Below, piece by piece: positions 34,645-48,276 of a DNA stretch of 64,000 nucleotides. Source of the stretch: Spironucleus salmonicida (lineage: Eukaryota). The translations under genes were made by a program, and so were the position numbers. Positions within the stretch are counted from its first letter, which is position 1. The number at the start of each line of letters is the position of its first letter. The notes under the pieces were generated by a model. The model was not told where the DNA came from and did no database searches. It worked only from the letters and a program-made list of their open reading frames with translations. The DNA lies in NCBI RefSeq assembly GCF_000497125.1, contig NC_090604.1, forward strand, positions 330,651 through 394,650. Direction: 5' to 3'.

Positions 34645-37600
34645 ATCGCAAAACAAATATATATGCTAGTTTCCAGGCTTGTCATTCGAGATATGAACAA
34701 TAAAATATCGAAGCTTTTTGAAACTCTATAAATACAGTAAAGTAGTAATTCACCATTCACAGCCCACAAATTTGCATTTACCAGGTTTTCAAAAAGATAA
34801 GTCACTTTCTAATTCACGTTGCAAACCATAACATAGCTAACTTCTTGAAACCCGATAAGTGCAGATGTATGTGCTTGATAATCGCGACTTATTACTTAAT
34901 ATCAATACATCTGATCTTGTATAGGAAGCTTTTTCATGTATATGGCTACACATTCTGCTTCCTAATAATATATATTACTAGTGCTAGATCCTTTTAGAAA
35001 AAAGGTACAGCTCGTTATTCGTAAATATTGTGAATAAAATATTTGAAAAATAGTGTTATCTGGAATTGGTGTAAACTTCACTACAATCTGATCACTTATT
35101 ATTTCTCATTTGTTAAATTAATAGTACTTCAAATATTAGCAAACTAAATATTTGGTTTACTTGCATCTATTGATGACAATCAGATGCCATGTTATTAATT
35201 GACTCCACAAGAATGAACAACATTTGTATAACGATGTTAACACAAAAACTTCATTATGTATTAATATATTTTTAGCTAAATGATATTAATTAAAAATATA
35301 CTATTTCGAAAATAAATATTTATCGTAACATTTAATTCTATATGAGTTATATGTGCGACAGTAAGCAGACATTAGTATTTAGATTATAATTATAATAAGT
35401 GCGTAGTAAAATCTAATAAATATGAGAACAATTAAAAAATAAACCTCTGCGAATCACTGCAGCTCTCTTTCAAATACTCACCGTAAACAAAGTATACCCT
35501 TGATCTACCTATGTATTTTGAATATAAGTTTTGATTAACAACATAAATATTGACTCCAAAATTTATCAAAAAATACTTAAATAAGATCTAGGAATCAAAC
35601 AATAATGTCGTGAAAATTCTGCAACCTAAATACCCCAATACGAGTTTTATTTTTATAGTAAAATTATAGATTTCCACTATCTTTACAGTCCAAATCGACC
35701 AAATCTAGGTTTGTTTGGCGCATCTTCACGCCCATGTGTCCTAAGCATGCGATAGGCAACATCAAAACCATTAGTAAAACAAATCCAAGCCAGCATTAGT
35801 ATCTGCTAACCGGTAAATTTTGCTCTGTATTCCGCCAACAAAAAGCGCAATTATTTTTGGATTTGAGACCCTACCCATCCTCCTACTCCAAAAAGAATTA
35901 GAAACTATCCCATCAACTGCTAGACACAGCGAATCGCCCCATCCTTCCCCTGACCAGCCTCCTCACCCCTCCATTTAGCAAAATAGTTCAGCCCAGACTA
36001 TAACAATACATATTCCCTGTCCCGCTTCAACCCAAAAATATCTCACATTTACACCTCGACGACCTAAATCCAGCCGGACACCCCGCTACAGCCTCCTATG
36101 CGGTCTCCCACGGTGTAGACGGTCACCGCTACCTCGTAGCTCTGGATGGCGTCCCAGCTCGACAAGCTGAACCCAGAGCAGCACACGGCCTGCCCACCGC
36201 TACACTTGCTGCAACTAGACGCATGCTGCTCGGGCCGGCTCTGTGCCAAAAAATCTGACTCTGGAACGAAATAGGTACAATAGTCGATGCCAAGAAATGC
36301 AGTGCAACGGGGCTGCGCTCCGGGATAAAGGGAACTACAATGTTTAGGTACCGCAATTTGGACAGTGTCAACTCGCGTTTTAGGGGCTTTGGGAGGTGCA
36401 AATGCCAAAGGACATTTACGCTGGTGGGCCGACTTTGTCTAAATCTGATAGTAAGTGTATAATAATGTGGGTTACTAATTTGGAGTGCAGCTGTATAATT
36501 GGAAGAGAATATTATATTAAATATATTTTGGAGTGGAAGTATTGGAAAATGGGCAAGAGCGGTGCACGCTTGATTGTGGGCTGCTGCTCGTTGTCTTGGC
36601 GTTCAGTTAGATAAAATTCAATATCTTTGTCTTGTTAAGTTTCTTTTATATTTGTGCCATATATTTGACATTATATAACAATCACAAACTAAAAATATTT
36701 GATTTTTGTTTTAAATTATAGCGTAAAGTGATATATATATGCATGTCTCATGAAGGTTAAAAACCAAAAAATGAGTTGCTTATATATTATCAGATGAAAT
36801 AACATATTCTATTTTTAAAATGACAGATACTGGAACATGCTCTAATCGTAACACTAACTGTAAGGCAGATCATTTTTGCCCAGCTACTGATAATATAAGT
36901 GTTCCCTGTAAACCGTGCACAGAAGACATGAAATTCGGCCAGGGCTGCTACTGTGAATATAATATAGTGACAACAAACTGCAAGACATGTTCAGGATGAA
37001 GTTGCACCACTTGCCTCCCTGGCTCGTATCTAAGTGGCATATTTTGCTATGACTGCTCAAAGGGTTGTGCTGAATGTGCCGATTCGAATTCATGCCAAAC
37101 ATGCGCCGTTGGGTTCACAATAGAAGATGACAAATGCGTCAGAGTCTGCAATAATAATGAAGACTGCAAGGGTCAACGTTCGACATTTTGCGATATGTCC
37201 ACAAAGAGGTGCGTGAAATGTGCTGATGACTGCTCAGTTTGCTCATCGGCGACGTTTTGCAACGTGTGCAATTGGGGTACTCATATCACAACTATAGATG
37301 GGAGGTGTACTCCTAAATGTGATGATATTACAGATGGTAACTACTGTAAAAATGGAGTGGCTACACCCTGTGCTGAAGGAATTGATTCTGCTTGCGAATG
37401 TGGATTAGCTACCAATTGCGCTTCCTGTAATTCTACGTTAGATAAGTGCAAAACGTGTCTTACTAATGCTATTATTACAAAAGGTGGTTCGTGTAGGGAC
37501 TGTGCAACTGGGTTTAAGCTCATTGGCGGGATGTGCTGGCCCGAGACTCCTGCTCCTGAGCCACATGGTCCAGACCCGGTAGTTCCCACGCCGTCTGATC

Positions 37601-37710
37601 CAAACCCGGAAGTTAATAGGCAGAATTTGAGCGGTGGGGCAGTCACGGGCATCGTCATTGGAGTCTTGTTGGTCGTTGGGGCAGTTGGGGGCGGCCTGGC
37701 CTACTATTTT
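34645..37710. repeat. Partner arm of the second inverted duplication
   Basis: Reverse complement of ~4890-8111 (shorter Pro stalk in the gene part). Confidence 0.9.
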
Positions 37711-37731
37711 GTTAGGAGGGGGAAGAAGTGA
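36820..37731 (+). pseudogene. CRMP with in-frame TGA at codon 60 (36997-36999), otherwise intact (303 codons)
   Basis: KTCSG*SCTTC; paralogues have GGA or AGA at this codon. Confidence 0.75.
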
Positions 37732-38177
37732 TGAAAATTGTTATTTATGAGAAGAAGTTAACTGGGCAAATATAGTAGGTAAAGCTCAGGCGGATACTTC
37801 CTTCATTTGAGGGTATAACTGCCTGAGCTAGGTTAGGGTATGTAATTACGACTAATTGTGGTTCTGCAGTGAGGAGTGTTTTATCGTTCTCTATGAAGAC
37901 GCTTGAAATAAAATATGGTTAAGATTATTATATTTAGAAATTTTACGATTTTTACATCTTAGTTATTTACATCTATTAGTAATACCGTTAGCAAAAAGTA
38001 AAGTCTCAGAAAATAGTTTTTATGAAGGTATATTAAATGATAATTAGCAAATTTAAGTAATTTTACGGAATGTACAATTTACTATATATAAGATATAGTA
38101 CCATACCTTTACTTGCGAAACCTAAAAACTAGGTTATTTATCATATTATCCATTCCATGGTCCTGTAAAATTGTAAA

Positions 38178-39032
38178 ATGACCACAACAGGCACATGTAC
38201 ACGCACTGACACAAAGTGCAAAGCCGGTCACTTCTGCCCCACGAGTGGCATGGTCACAGTAGACTGCATTCCATGTGAAAATGACATGAAATTCGGTCAA
38301 GGCTGCTATTGTGTGGATGATACAGTTATCACAAACTGCAAGACGTGCTCTGGAGATAATTGCGCCACCTGCCTCCCTGGCTCGTATCTCAATGCAAATA
38401 TCTGTTCTAGATGCTCAAAAGGTTGTGCCGAATGTAGCGATGCTGACTCATGTCAGAAGTGCGCCGCTGGGTTCACAATGGAAGGTGGTAAATGCGTCAG
38501 AGTCTGTGGTAGTAATAAAGACTGCGATGATGAAGTTTCAAAATTCTGTGATATATCCTAAAAGAGGTGCGTGAAGTGTGCTGATGATTGCACAATTTGC
38601 TCCTCTGCGACGTTCTGCAACGCGTGCGATGGGAATACTCATATTACCACAATTCACGGTACGTGTACTGTTTTATGCAAGGATATGGAAAATGGTAACT
38701 ACTGCAAGGACGGTTCTCCTACACTCTGCGTTACAGGGCTTGATTCTGCCTGCAAGTGCGGATTTGCACAAAATTGTGCTTCGTGCGACACTACTTTAAA
38801 TGGTTGTGAAACGTGTTTGCCTAATGTTATTAAGGGAAATGATGGTACTTGTAGGAATTGTGCTAGTGGGTTCAAACCCATTGGCAATATGTGCTGGCCC
38901 GAGTAGCAAGGGACTGGGACCAATAAGATCGGGACTGGAGCGATTGTGGGCATCGTGGTTGGTGTTTTGGTGGTCGTTGGAGCAGTTGGGGGCGGTTTAG
39001 CTTATTACTTTGTTAGGAGGGCGAAGAAGTGA
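38178..39032 (+). CDS. CRMP, 284 aa, no Pro stalk, tail RRAKK
   Basis: Continuous with TAR=Gln; ends AAG TGA. Confidence 0.93.
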
Positions 39033-39532
39033 GGTGCATGATACAATTTAAGGCAAATTAGGTGGATGGGTGCTAACTGTGCTTTTGGAGTTTGGGATTA
39101 TAAGGATTGTAGGCATCATCGTCTTAAAGCTAAAATTAAGGTGAAGCAGGTAAAGACAAGTTGAAAAACGGGGTAAGGAGATTAGACCAGTAAAAATAGA
39201 TTCGGAGTAATATCGAACTAGAATAAACTTTAGAGCTTTAATGTAGGGATACTTGGGAGTTTGCTATCGAATATACATACTCGATTTAGATGATTGCCTC
39301 GGTTTCAACTTTGGTTTAACTGTATATTACTTAATAGTAGTATAAATAAATAAAAAGTAACAAAAAACACTTTCTATTACTTGATATTAATACATAATTA
39401 TTAAATTTTAATTATTATATTAAATATAATATTAAGTATTTATATGAAATAGTATCCTGTTTTTTACCTGCGAAACTGAGAAACGAAGTTATGTGCTGAA
39501 TTATCGATTTAATTTGATACTGTAAAATAAAA

Positions 39533-40387
39533 ATGGACACAACAGGAACCTGTACTAGAACTGACACAAACTGCAAAGCCGGGCACTTTTGCCCAACGAC
39601 TGGAACGGCAGAAGTAAATTGCGTCTCCTGCAGTGAGAACATGACTTTTGGTCAGGGCTGCTACTGCAAAGATAAAGATGTGACTACAAATTGCAAAGTG
39701 TGTACTGGAGAAGCATGCACCACATGCCTCCCTGGATCTTTCCTTAATGGTAATGTGTGTACAAAATGCTCAAAAGGCTGTGGGGAGTGCACGAGTTTAA
39801 ATGCATGTCAGAACTGTGCTGAGGGGTACACAATACAAGAAGATGAATGCGTCAGAATCTGCAATAGCAATAAAGACTGCGAGGATGAAACTTCAACTTA
39901 TTGCGAAATATCTATTAATAGATGTCGCAAATGTTCTACTGATTGCACAATTTGCGAATCGCCAGATTTCTGCTACGCGTGTAATGGGAATACTCATGTC
40001 ACAACGATAGCTGGATAATGTGGATTGAATTGTGAAGATTTAACCGATGGTAACTACTGCAAGTACGGAACGGCCATGGTCTGTGATGAAGAGATTAATT
40101 CTGCCTGTAAATGCGGAGTAGCATCAAATTGCGCTTCTTGCAACGCCGAATTGAATGCCTGTGATACGTGTTTGCCTAATGTAGTTAAGGGAAAAGATGG
40201 AGCCTGCAATGCATGTGCTGTTGGATATAAATTTATTGGCGATATGTGCTGGCCTGAGTAGCAAGGGACTGGGACCAACAAGATAGGGACTGGGGCGATT
40301 GTGGGAATTGTGGTTGGTGTTTTGGTGGTCGTTGGGGCAGTTGGGGGTGGTCTGGCTTATTATTTCATTAGAAAGGCTAAGAAGTGA
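39533..40387 (+). CDS. CRMP array type A, 284 aa, tail RKAKK
   Basis: Continuous with TAR=Gln. Confidence 0.93.
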
Positions 40388-40777
40388 TGCATAAACAATA
40401 AATGAATGAATCATAATAAATCATCCATTAATATTAATGCTTCGAAAGACATTGTAAGAAACTCTCCAGTGTTTACTTCTAAATATTAATAATAAAGAAA
40501 CTTGAAATTTTACTATCAAATATCAATAGTTTATTTATATTATTTTAAAATATATTAATTTATTCGATGTAAGTTGGTAAATCGTAGTAAAAATCGTTAA
40601 TATGTAAGAAAAAACGGTTTTTATATCGTGATATCATTAATTAAATTTAAACTTATACAAATGTTAAGGGAAAATAAATCAATATATACTAAAAATAATA
40701 AACTATTATTATTTGTGAAACTACGAAACTAAGTAAGTTGCTGTATTATTCATAATAATTGTCATCTAAAATTAAAA

Positions 40778-41632
40778 ATGGCGGATACTGGGACTTGTAC
40801 TAAAACAGTTACAACCTGCAAAGCTGGTCATTTCTGTCCAACTACAGACACAACTTCAGTAAGCTGTATCCCCTGCACCGAAGACATGAAGTTCGGGCAA
40901 GGCTGCTACTGTGAAGATAACATGGTTACGACCAATTGCAAGACATGTTCAGGAAGAAGTTGCTCAACCTGCCTCCCAGGCTCTTTCCTGAGCGGGAATA
41001 TGTGTTAAAAATGCTTTAAAGGCTGCGGCTAATGCACCGATTCTAATACCTGCCAGAAGTGCGCCGACGGGTATAAACTGGACAATAATGAGTGCGACAG
41101 AATCTGCTCTAAAAATGAAGACTGTCAAGATGATGCTTCGACTTTTTGCGAGATATCCTTAAAAAGTTGTGTGCCGTGTGGCAATAAATGCTTAATTTGC
41201 TCCTCTGGGATTTTCTGCAACGCGTGCGATGGGTCTTCTCATGTGACCACGATCGATGGGAAGTGTACACCGAATTGTGAAAATTTGGCCGATGGTAACT
41301 ACTGCAAAAATGGTGTAGCTACGCCCTGTGTTGCAGGGCTTGATTCTGCCTGCAAATGTTAATTTGCTCGAAACTGCGCTTCGTGCGACAGTTCTTTAAA
41401 TGGATGCGAGACGTGTTTGCCTAATGTTATTAAGGGAGAAGATGGTACTTGTAAGGATTGTGCTGTTGGGTTTAAGCACATTGGCGATATGTGCTGGCCC
41501 GAGTAGCAAGGGACTGGGACCAATAAGATCGGGACTGGAGCGATTGTGGGCATCGTGGTTGGTGTTTTGGTGGTCGTTGGAGCAGTTGGGGGCGGTTTAG
41601 CTTATTACTTTGTTAGGAGGGCGAAGAAGTGA
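40778..41632 (+). CDS. CRMP array type B, 284 aa, tail RRAKK
   Basis: Continuous with TAR=Gln. Confidence 0.93.
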
Positions 41633-42132
41633 GGTGCATGATACAATTTAAGGCAAATTAGGTGGATGGGTGCTAACTGTGCTTTTGGAGTTTGGGATTA
41701 TAAGGATTGTAGGCATCATCGTCTTAAAGCTAAAATTAAGGTGAAGCAGGTAAAGACAAGTTGAAAAACGGGGTAAGGAGATTAGACCAGTAAAAATAGA
41801 TTCGGAGTAATATCGAACTAGAATAAACTTTAGAGCTTTAATGTAGGGATACTTGGGAGTTTGCTATCGAATATACATACTCGATTTAGATGATTGCCTC
41901 GGTTTCAACTTTGGTTTAACTGTATATTACTTAATAGTAGTATAAATAAATAAAAAGTAACAAAAAACACTTTCTATTACTTGATATTAATACATAATTA
42001 TTAAATTTTAATTATTATATTAAATATAATATTAAGTATTTATATGAAATAGTATCCTGTTTTTTACCTGCGAAACTGAGAAACGAAGTTATGTGCTGAA
42101 TTATCGATTTAATTTGATACTGTAAAATAAAA

Positions 42133-42987
42133 ATGGACACAACAGGAACCTGTACTAGAACTGACACAAACTGCAAAGCCGGGCACTTTTGCCCAACGAC
42201 TGGAACGGCAGAAGTAAATTGCGTCTCCTGCAGTGAGAACATGACTTTTGGTCAGGGCTGCTACTGCAAAGATAAAGATGTGACTACAAATTGCAAAGTG
42301 TGTACTGGAGAAGCATGCACCACATGCCTCCCTGGATCTTTCCTTAATGGTAATGTGTGTACAAAATGCTCAAAAGGCTGTGGGGAGTGCACGAGTTTAA
42401 ATGCATGTCAGAACTGTGCTGAGGGGTACACAATACAAGAAGATGAATGCGTCAGAATCTGCAATAGCAATAAAGACTGCGAGGATGAAACTTCAACTTA
42501 TTGCGAAATATCTATTAATAGATGTCGCAAATGTTCTACTGATTGCACAATTTGCGAATCGCCAGATTTCTGCTACGCGTGTAATGGGAATACTCATGTC
42601 ACAACGATAGCTGGATAATGTGGATTGAATTGTGAAGATTTAACCGATGGTAACTACTGCAAGTACGGAACGGCCATGGTCTGTGATGAAGAGATTAATT
42701 CTGCCTGTAAATGCGGAGTAGCATCAAATTGCGCTTCTTGCAACGCCGAATTGAATGCCTGTGATACGTGTTTGCCTAATGTAGTTAAGGGAAAAGATGG
42801 AGCCTGCAATGCATGTGCTGTTGGATATAAATTTATTGGCGATATGTGCTGGCCTGAGTAGCAAGGGACTGGGACCAACAAGATAGGGACTGGGGCGATT
42901 GTGGGAATTGTGGTTGGCGTTTTGGTGGTCGTCGGCGCAGTTGGGGGTGGTCTGGCTTATTATTTCATTAGAAAGGCTAAGAAGTGA
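42133..42987 (+). CDS. CRMP array type A, 284 aa
   Basis: Copy of 39533-40387 with synonymous changes in the TM codons. Confidence 0.93.
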
Positions 42988-43377
42988 TGCATAAACAATA
43001 AATGAATGAATCATAATAAATCATCCATTAATATTAATGCTTCGAAAGACATTGTAAGAAACTCTCCAGTGTTTACTTCTAAATATTAATAATAAAGAAA
43101 CTTGAAATTTTACTATCAAATATCAATAGTTTATTTATATTATTTTAAAATATATTAATTTATTCGATGTAAGTTGGTAAATCGTAGTAAAAATCGTTAA
43201 TATGTAAGAAAAAACGGTTTTTATATCGTGATATCATTAATTAAATTTAAACTTATACAAATGTTAAGGGAAAATAAATCAATATATACTAAAAATAATA
43301 AACTATTATTATTTGTGAAACTACGAAACTAAGTAAGTTGCTGTATTATTCATAATAATTGTCATCTAAAATTAAAA

Positions 43378-44232
43378 ATGGCGGATACTGGGACTTGTAC
43401 TAAAACAGTTACAACCTGCAAAGCTGGTCATTTCTGTCCAACTACAGACACAACTTCAGTAAGCTGTATCCCCTGCACCGAAGACATGAAGTTCGGGCAA
43501 GGCTGCTACTGTGAAGATAACATGGTTACGACCAATTGCAAGACATGTTCAGGAAGAAGTTGCTCAACCTGCCTCCCAGGCTCTTTCCTGAGCGGGAATA
43601 TGTGTTAAAAATGCTTTAAAGGCTGCGGCTAATGCACCGATTCTAATACCTGCCAGAAGTGCGCCGACGGGTATAAACTGGACAATAATGAGTGCGACAG
43701 AATCTGCTCTAAAAATGAAGACTGTCAAGATGATGCTTCGACTTTTTGCGAGATATCCTTAAAAAGTTGTGTGCCGTGTGGCAATAAATGCTTAATTTGC
43801 TCCTCTGGGATTTTCTGCAACGCGTGCGATGGGTCTTCTCATGTGACCACGATCGATGGGAAGTGTACACCGAATTGTGAAAATTTGGCCGATGGTAACT
43901 ACTGCAAAAATGGTGTAGCTACGCCCTGTGTTGCAGGGCTTGATTCTGCCTGCAAATGTTAATTTGCTCGAAACTGCGCTTCGTGCGACAGTTCTTTAAA
44001 TGGATGCGAGACGTGTTTGCCTAATGTTATTAAGGGAGAAGATGGTACTTGTAAGGATTGTGCTGTTGGGTTTAAGCACATTGGCGATATGTGCTGGCCC
44101 GAGTAGCAAGGGACTGGGACCAATAAGATCGGGACTGGAGCGATTGTGGGCATCGTGGTTGGTGTTTTGGTGGTCGTTGGAGCAGTTGGGGGCGGTTTAG
44201 CTTATTACTTTGTTAGGAGGGCGAAGAAGTGA
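43378..44232 (+). CDS. CRMP array type B, 284 aa
   Basis: Copy of 40778-41632. Confidence 0.93.
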
Positions 44233-44732
44233 GGTGCATGATACAATTTAAGGCAAATTAGGTGGATGGGTGCTAACTGTGCTTTTGGAGTTTGGGATTA
44301 TAAGGATTGTAGGCATCATCGTCTTAAAGCTAAAATTAAGGTGAAGCAGGTAAAGACAAGTTGAAAAACGGGGTAAGGAGATTAGACCAGTAAAAATAGA
44401 TTCGGAGTAATATCGAACTAGAATAAACTTTAGAGCTTTAATGTAGGGATACTTGGGAGTTTGCTATCGAATATACATACTCGATTTAGATGATTGCCTC
44501 GGTTTCAACTTTGGTTTAACTGTATATTACTTAATAGTAGTATAAATAAATAAAAAGTAACAAAAAACACTTTCTATTACTTGATATTAATACATAATTA
44601 TTAAATTTTAATTATTATATTAAATATAATATTAAGTATTTATATGAAATAGTATCCTGTTTTTTACCTGCGAAACTGAGAAACGAAGTTATGTGCTGAA
44701 TTATCGATTTAATTTGATACTGTAAAATAAAA

Positions 44733-45602
44733 ATGGACACAACAGGAACCTGTACTAGAACTGACACAAACTGCAAAGCCGGGCACTTTTGCCCAACGAC
44801 TGGAACGGCAGAAGTAAATTGCGTCTCCTGCAGTGAGAACATGACTTTTGGTCAGGGCTGCTACTGCAAAGATAAAGATGTGACTACAAATTGCAAAGTG
44901 TGTACTGGAGAAGCATGCACCACATGCCTCCCTGGATCTTTCCTTAATGGTAATGTGTGTACAAAATGCTCAAAAGGCTGTGGGGAGTGCACGAGTTTAA
45001 ATGCATGTCAGAACTGTGCTGAGGGGTACACAATACAAGAAGATGAATGCGTCAGAATCTGCAATAGCAATAAAGACTGCGAGGATGAAACTTCAACTTA
45101 TTGCGAAATATCTATTAATAGATGTCGCAAATGTTCTACTGATTGCACAATTTGCGAATCGCCAGATTTCTGCTACGCGTGTAATGGGAATACTCATGTC
45201 ACAACGATAGCTGGATAATGTGGATTGAATTGTGAAGATTTAACCGATGGTAACTACTGCAAGTACGGAACGGCCATGGTCTGTGATGAAGAGATTAATT
45301 CTGCCTGTAAATGCGGAGTAGCATCAAATTGCGCTTCTTGCAACGCCGAATTGAATGCCTGTGATACGTGTTTGCCTAATGTAGTTAAGGGAAAAGATGG
45401 AGCCTGCAATGCATGTGCTGTTGGATATAAATTTATTGGCGATATGTGCTGGCCTGAGTAGCAAGGGACTGGGACCAACAAGATAGGGACTGGGGCGATT
45501 GTGGGAATTGTGGTTGGCGTTTTGGTGGTCGTCGGCGCAGTTGGGGGTGGTCTGGCTTATTATTTCATTAGAAAGGCGAAGAAGAGAGTGGAGTAACAGT
45601 GA
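44733..45602 (+). CDS. CRMP array type A with swapped tail [10 protein letters not shown], 289 aa
   Basis: Type A body; 3' end and flank match the 4867/25111 class. Confidence 0.92.
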
Positions 45603-47200
45603 TTGGTAATATATACGTTCCTGCACGTTTATGCTAAGCTTTCCACTCGGATATTTCAATAGTATGCACGTCGAGAGGTGCTAAAGCCGACTTCGAGCAA
45701 TGGCATGATACATTGGCAATTTAGACTGTAGGCTACCTTAGTAAAGACTACTACTCGCCATAAGTGCATCTCTGCTAGGGCTGCGCAATTTCAACAAGAT
45801 TTAGCTGAGGACGTCATTTTAGTACGACTGTATCTTACTATATATAAATGTAAATTATTCAGCGTTCAGTTTTATAATGCAGACCTAGCAGGATTGATGT
45901 CATCGCCAATATTATAAAATACCTCAGGACCCTATTAAGTGATCTCAGTCTACCAGCACACTAGTTCCATTCCGGTTCGGTATCCAGAAAGTTCGGCACC
46001 CAGCTAATGGCCGTTTCTGGCGGAAAGCTTGTCCCCGAGCAGGTATCTTAAACTATTATAGATCAAACATCTATAAACTACCCAGCAATTGCATAAATTC
46101 GTATTAGCCCTATGTGCCTGCTCACTGCCGCACTTTCGCACCTAGCGCAGACGCAGCATTTTATCCCTACCCCTATATTACGGGCATGCTCCTTTGTTAT
46201 TTGCAGTGCTCTCACTGCCTAGCCTCCTCCCACCGATTTTATGCAAGCTGCCATTGTAATATTTTTGATGCATTATCCCTAAGACGGAATTCGCTTCAAC
46301 ATGCCTTGGTGCGCTAGTTCAACCCCTGGGCACCCACCTCCCCGTGTCTAGCTACCTTCCAACGAAACATGCCTATCTTTAAAACTCCAACCGCCTGTGT
46401 TTCCATCCTACCCCGACCCGTTCGTATGCGTTTAGCTGATCCTCTGGCCTTCCAACACCAGGCGAAACCTGAAAGCTGGCTGTTTCTGTGAACCTGCGCC
46501 CACCTTGTGCAATCAGTATAGGTACATAATATGGATACTACTGCGAAGTCCACGTGCTAAAACTATATCGCCAGGTAAACCCAGGAATTGCACGTTTGGA
46601 ATTCCTCATTGGAGCCTTTATGGAAATGACCAATGTCGTATTTACCTCGTTCTCCGATGCGAACACCTGCCTGCAGTGCCGCAACACTTTCTCTCTGGAG
46701 CTAGAGAATTCATCGGCGACTACGGTGGAATCGAAGCACTGTACTGAGACTATCTGCTGCGGGAGTTAATATCATTTATGTCATAGCACCGGGGCGTGTC
46801 TGCACTTCAATTTCCCATAATTTGGAACAGCTAATATTTCACCGCTGAACATCTGCAGCGACTCCGTCTGCAAATTTTGGTCACAGTGAACTGTGCGGCC
46901 TGACATTAACTAAAAATTCGTTGTGGTGCGTGTCGAATGCAGTACTCCGATAGGCGGTAATTGCGCACCCTGCGGAAATGACTGCAAGTTTATCAGATTC
47001 GGATTACTAGAAATAACGCGGACTGAGGTAGGAAAATGGAAACTATGGCGATTGCTGGCATCTAGATTGTCGTGGGCTCAGTCGGAGAGGTACCATCTTA
47101 GGTTGCTAAGAGAAGGAAGAAATGGTTATCTGATAAAAATATTCTGGATGCCCAAGTGATATCCGAAAAGGTCGCGGAGCACATGTAGCAATTTTGCAGA
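45560..47200 (+). repeat. CRMP 3'-flank module (also ~26110-27810, ~3215-4915 inverted, partial ~52525-53030), containing the CRMP relic
   Basis: Near-identical to ~46737, then diverged similarity to ~47200. Confidence 0.85.
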
Positions 47201-48276
47201 CCCTGTTTGCATATGTATAGGAACTGGATTTGGAAAGCGCAGGCCGATAACGTCTGGTGCGTTAGATTTCATGAGAAATATACGCCAGCCAGGCCCTATT
47301 ATGTTCAGCAGCTTTTGACCTATATTCTGGGAAAATTCTGTTCGCGGTCACGAACTAGTCTGCAGTGTTTTGAGGAGCTCCTTGTTCGGTAGCACGCTCC
47401 TATCTGCAATTCTTACTATACTGTTATATAGAAATATTAAATACTTTATCGAATTAGAACCTGGCAAAATCGGGCTAGCGACGCTCTTCCAACTCGGGTA
47501 CCGGCCTTTCGCGCGGAAAGTACCGAAGCCTCGCATTCAGAGCGGATTCGAAACGGGACCTTTCATCTAGTTCCATATTCTATACTATATCAGTTTACAT
47601 ATAGTAATCCCATTCTACGGCTTAGGCACATTTCGCTCAAGTTCAATAGCGCGTAGCCACCGCCCGAACCACTTGACGTCCTGGCTTACTACGCTAAGGG
47701 GCATGCATTTACGAAGTCGTGTCAGAGAATGCATCGTAAATGTGAAAAGAGAAATACCGACCCCCGTGTTATTCGGCCTAGGAGGGTTTGTTGCTTTTTG
47801 ACCGCTCTGATTAAGAGGTTGTTGGAAGGAATTGTTATCGTAAATAAGTGTATATAAGAGCATATTGAAGTTGTGGCTTATTGGATTATTTGTATATTAT
47901 ACGCTAGAGTAAGATTTTAGTTTCTTGCAGAAAGAGGACAGGTAGTTGCTAACAAGCTAGCTGGGAGTTCCTGCTAGTAGTTAATGGTGTGTTGCACTGG
48001 CGAGAGGATGCATAAACAAGTGTAATTAAATTAATTAAAATACTACGAGGTCTGTGTTTATTAACTATAAACCGGCATGATATATAACTAACTGTTACCA
48101 AATTGCTGTTTTGGATTATTTATGCCTAGGATGCTATCTACTCCATATTATCATATTTTCCCAGAATAACACCTTATTTCGGTATATATCTATTTTATAA
48201 AATAAAATAAACATGGAAGAAACAACGAACATAATTACCATATTAATATAATATCATAATATTATCATTAGCCAGA

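Larger units (their letters stand above)
38890..45577 (+). repeat. Tandem array, period 2,600 bp, ~2.6 units, two CRMP genes per unit
   Basis: Starts at 39533/42133/44733 and 40778/43378; units near-identical. Confidence 0.97.

Noticed and set aside
37745-37800. Possible SECIS behind the TGA-containing CRMP (ATGA...CTGGGC AAA...GCTCAG..GA)
   Set aside because: No helix directly above the ATGA core; the second TGA copy has a different 3' flank; the TGA is not at a Cys position
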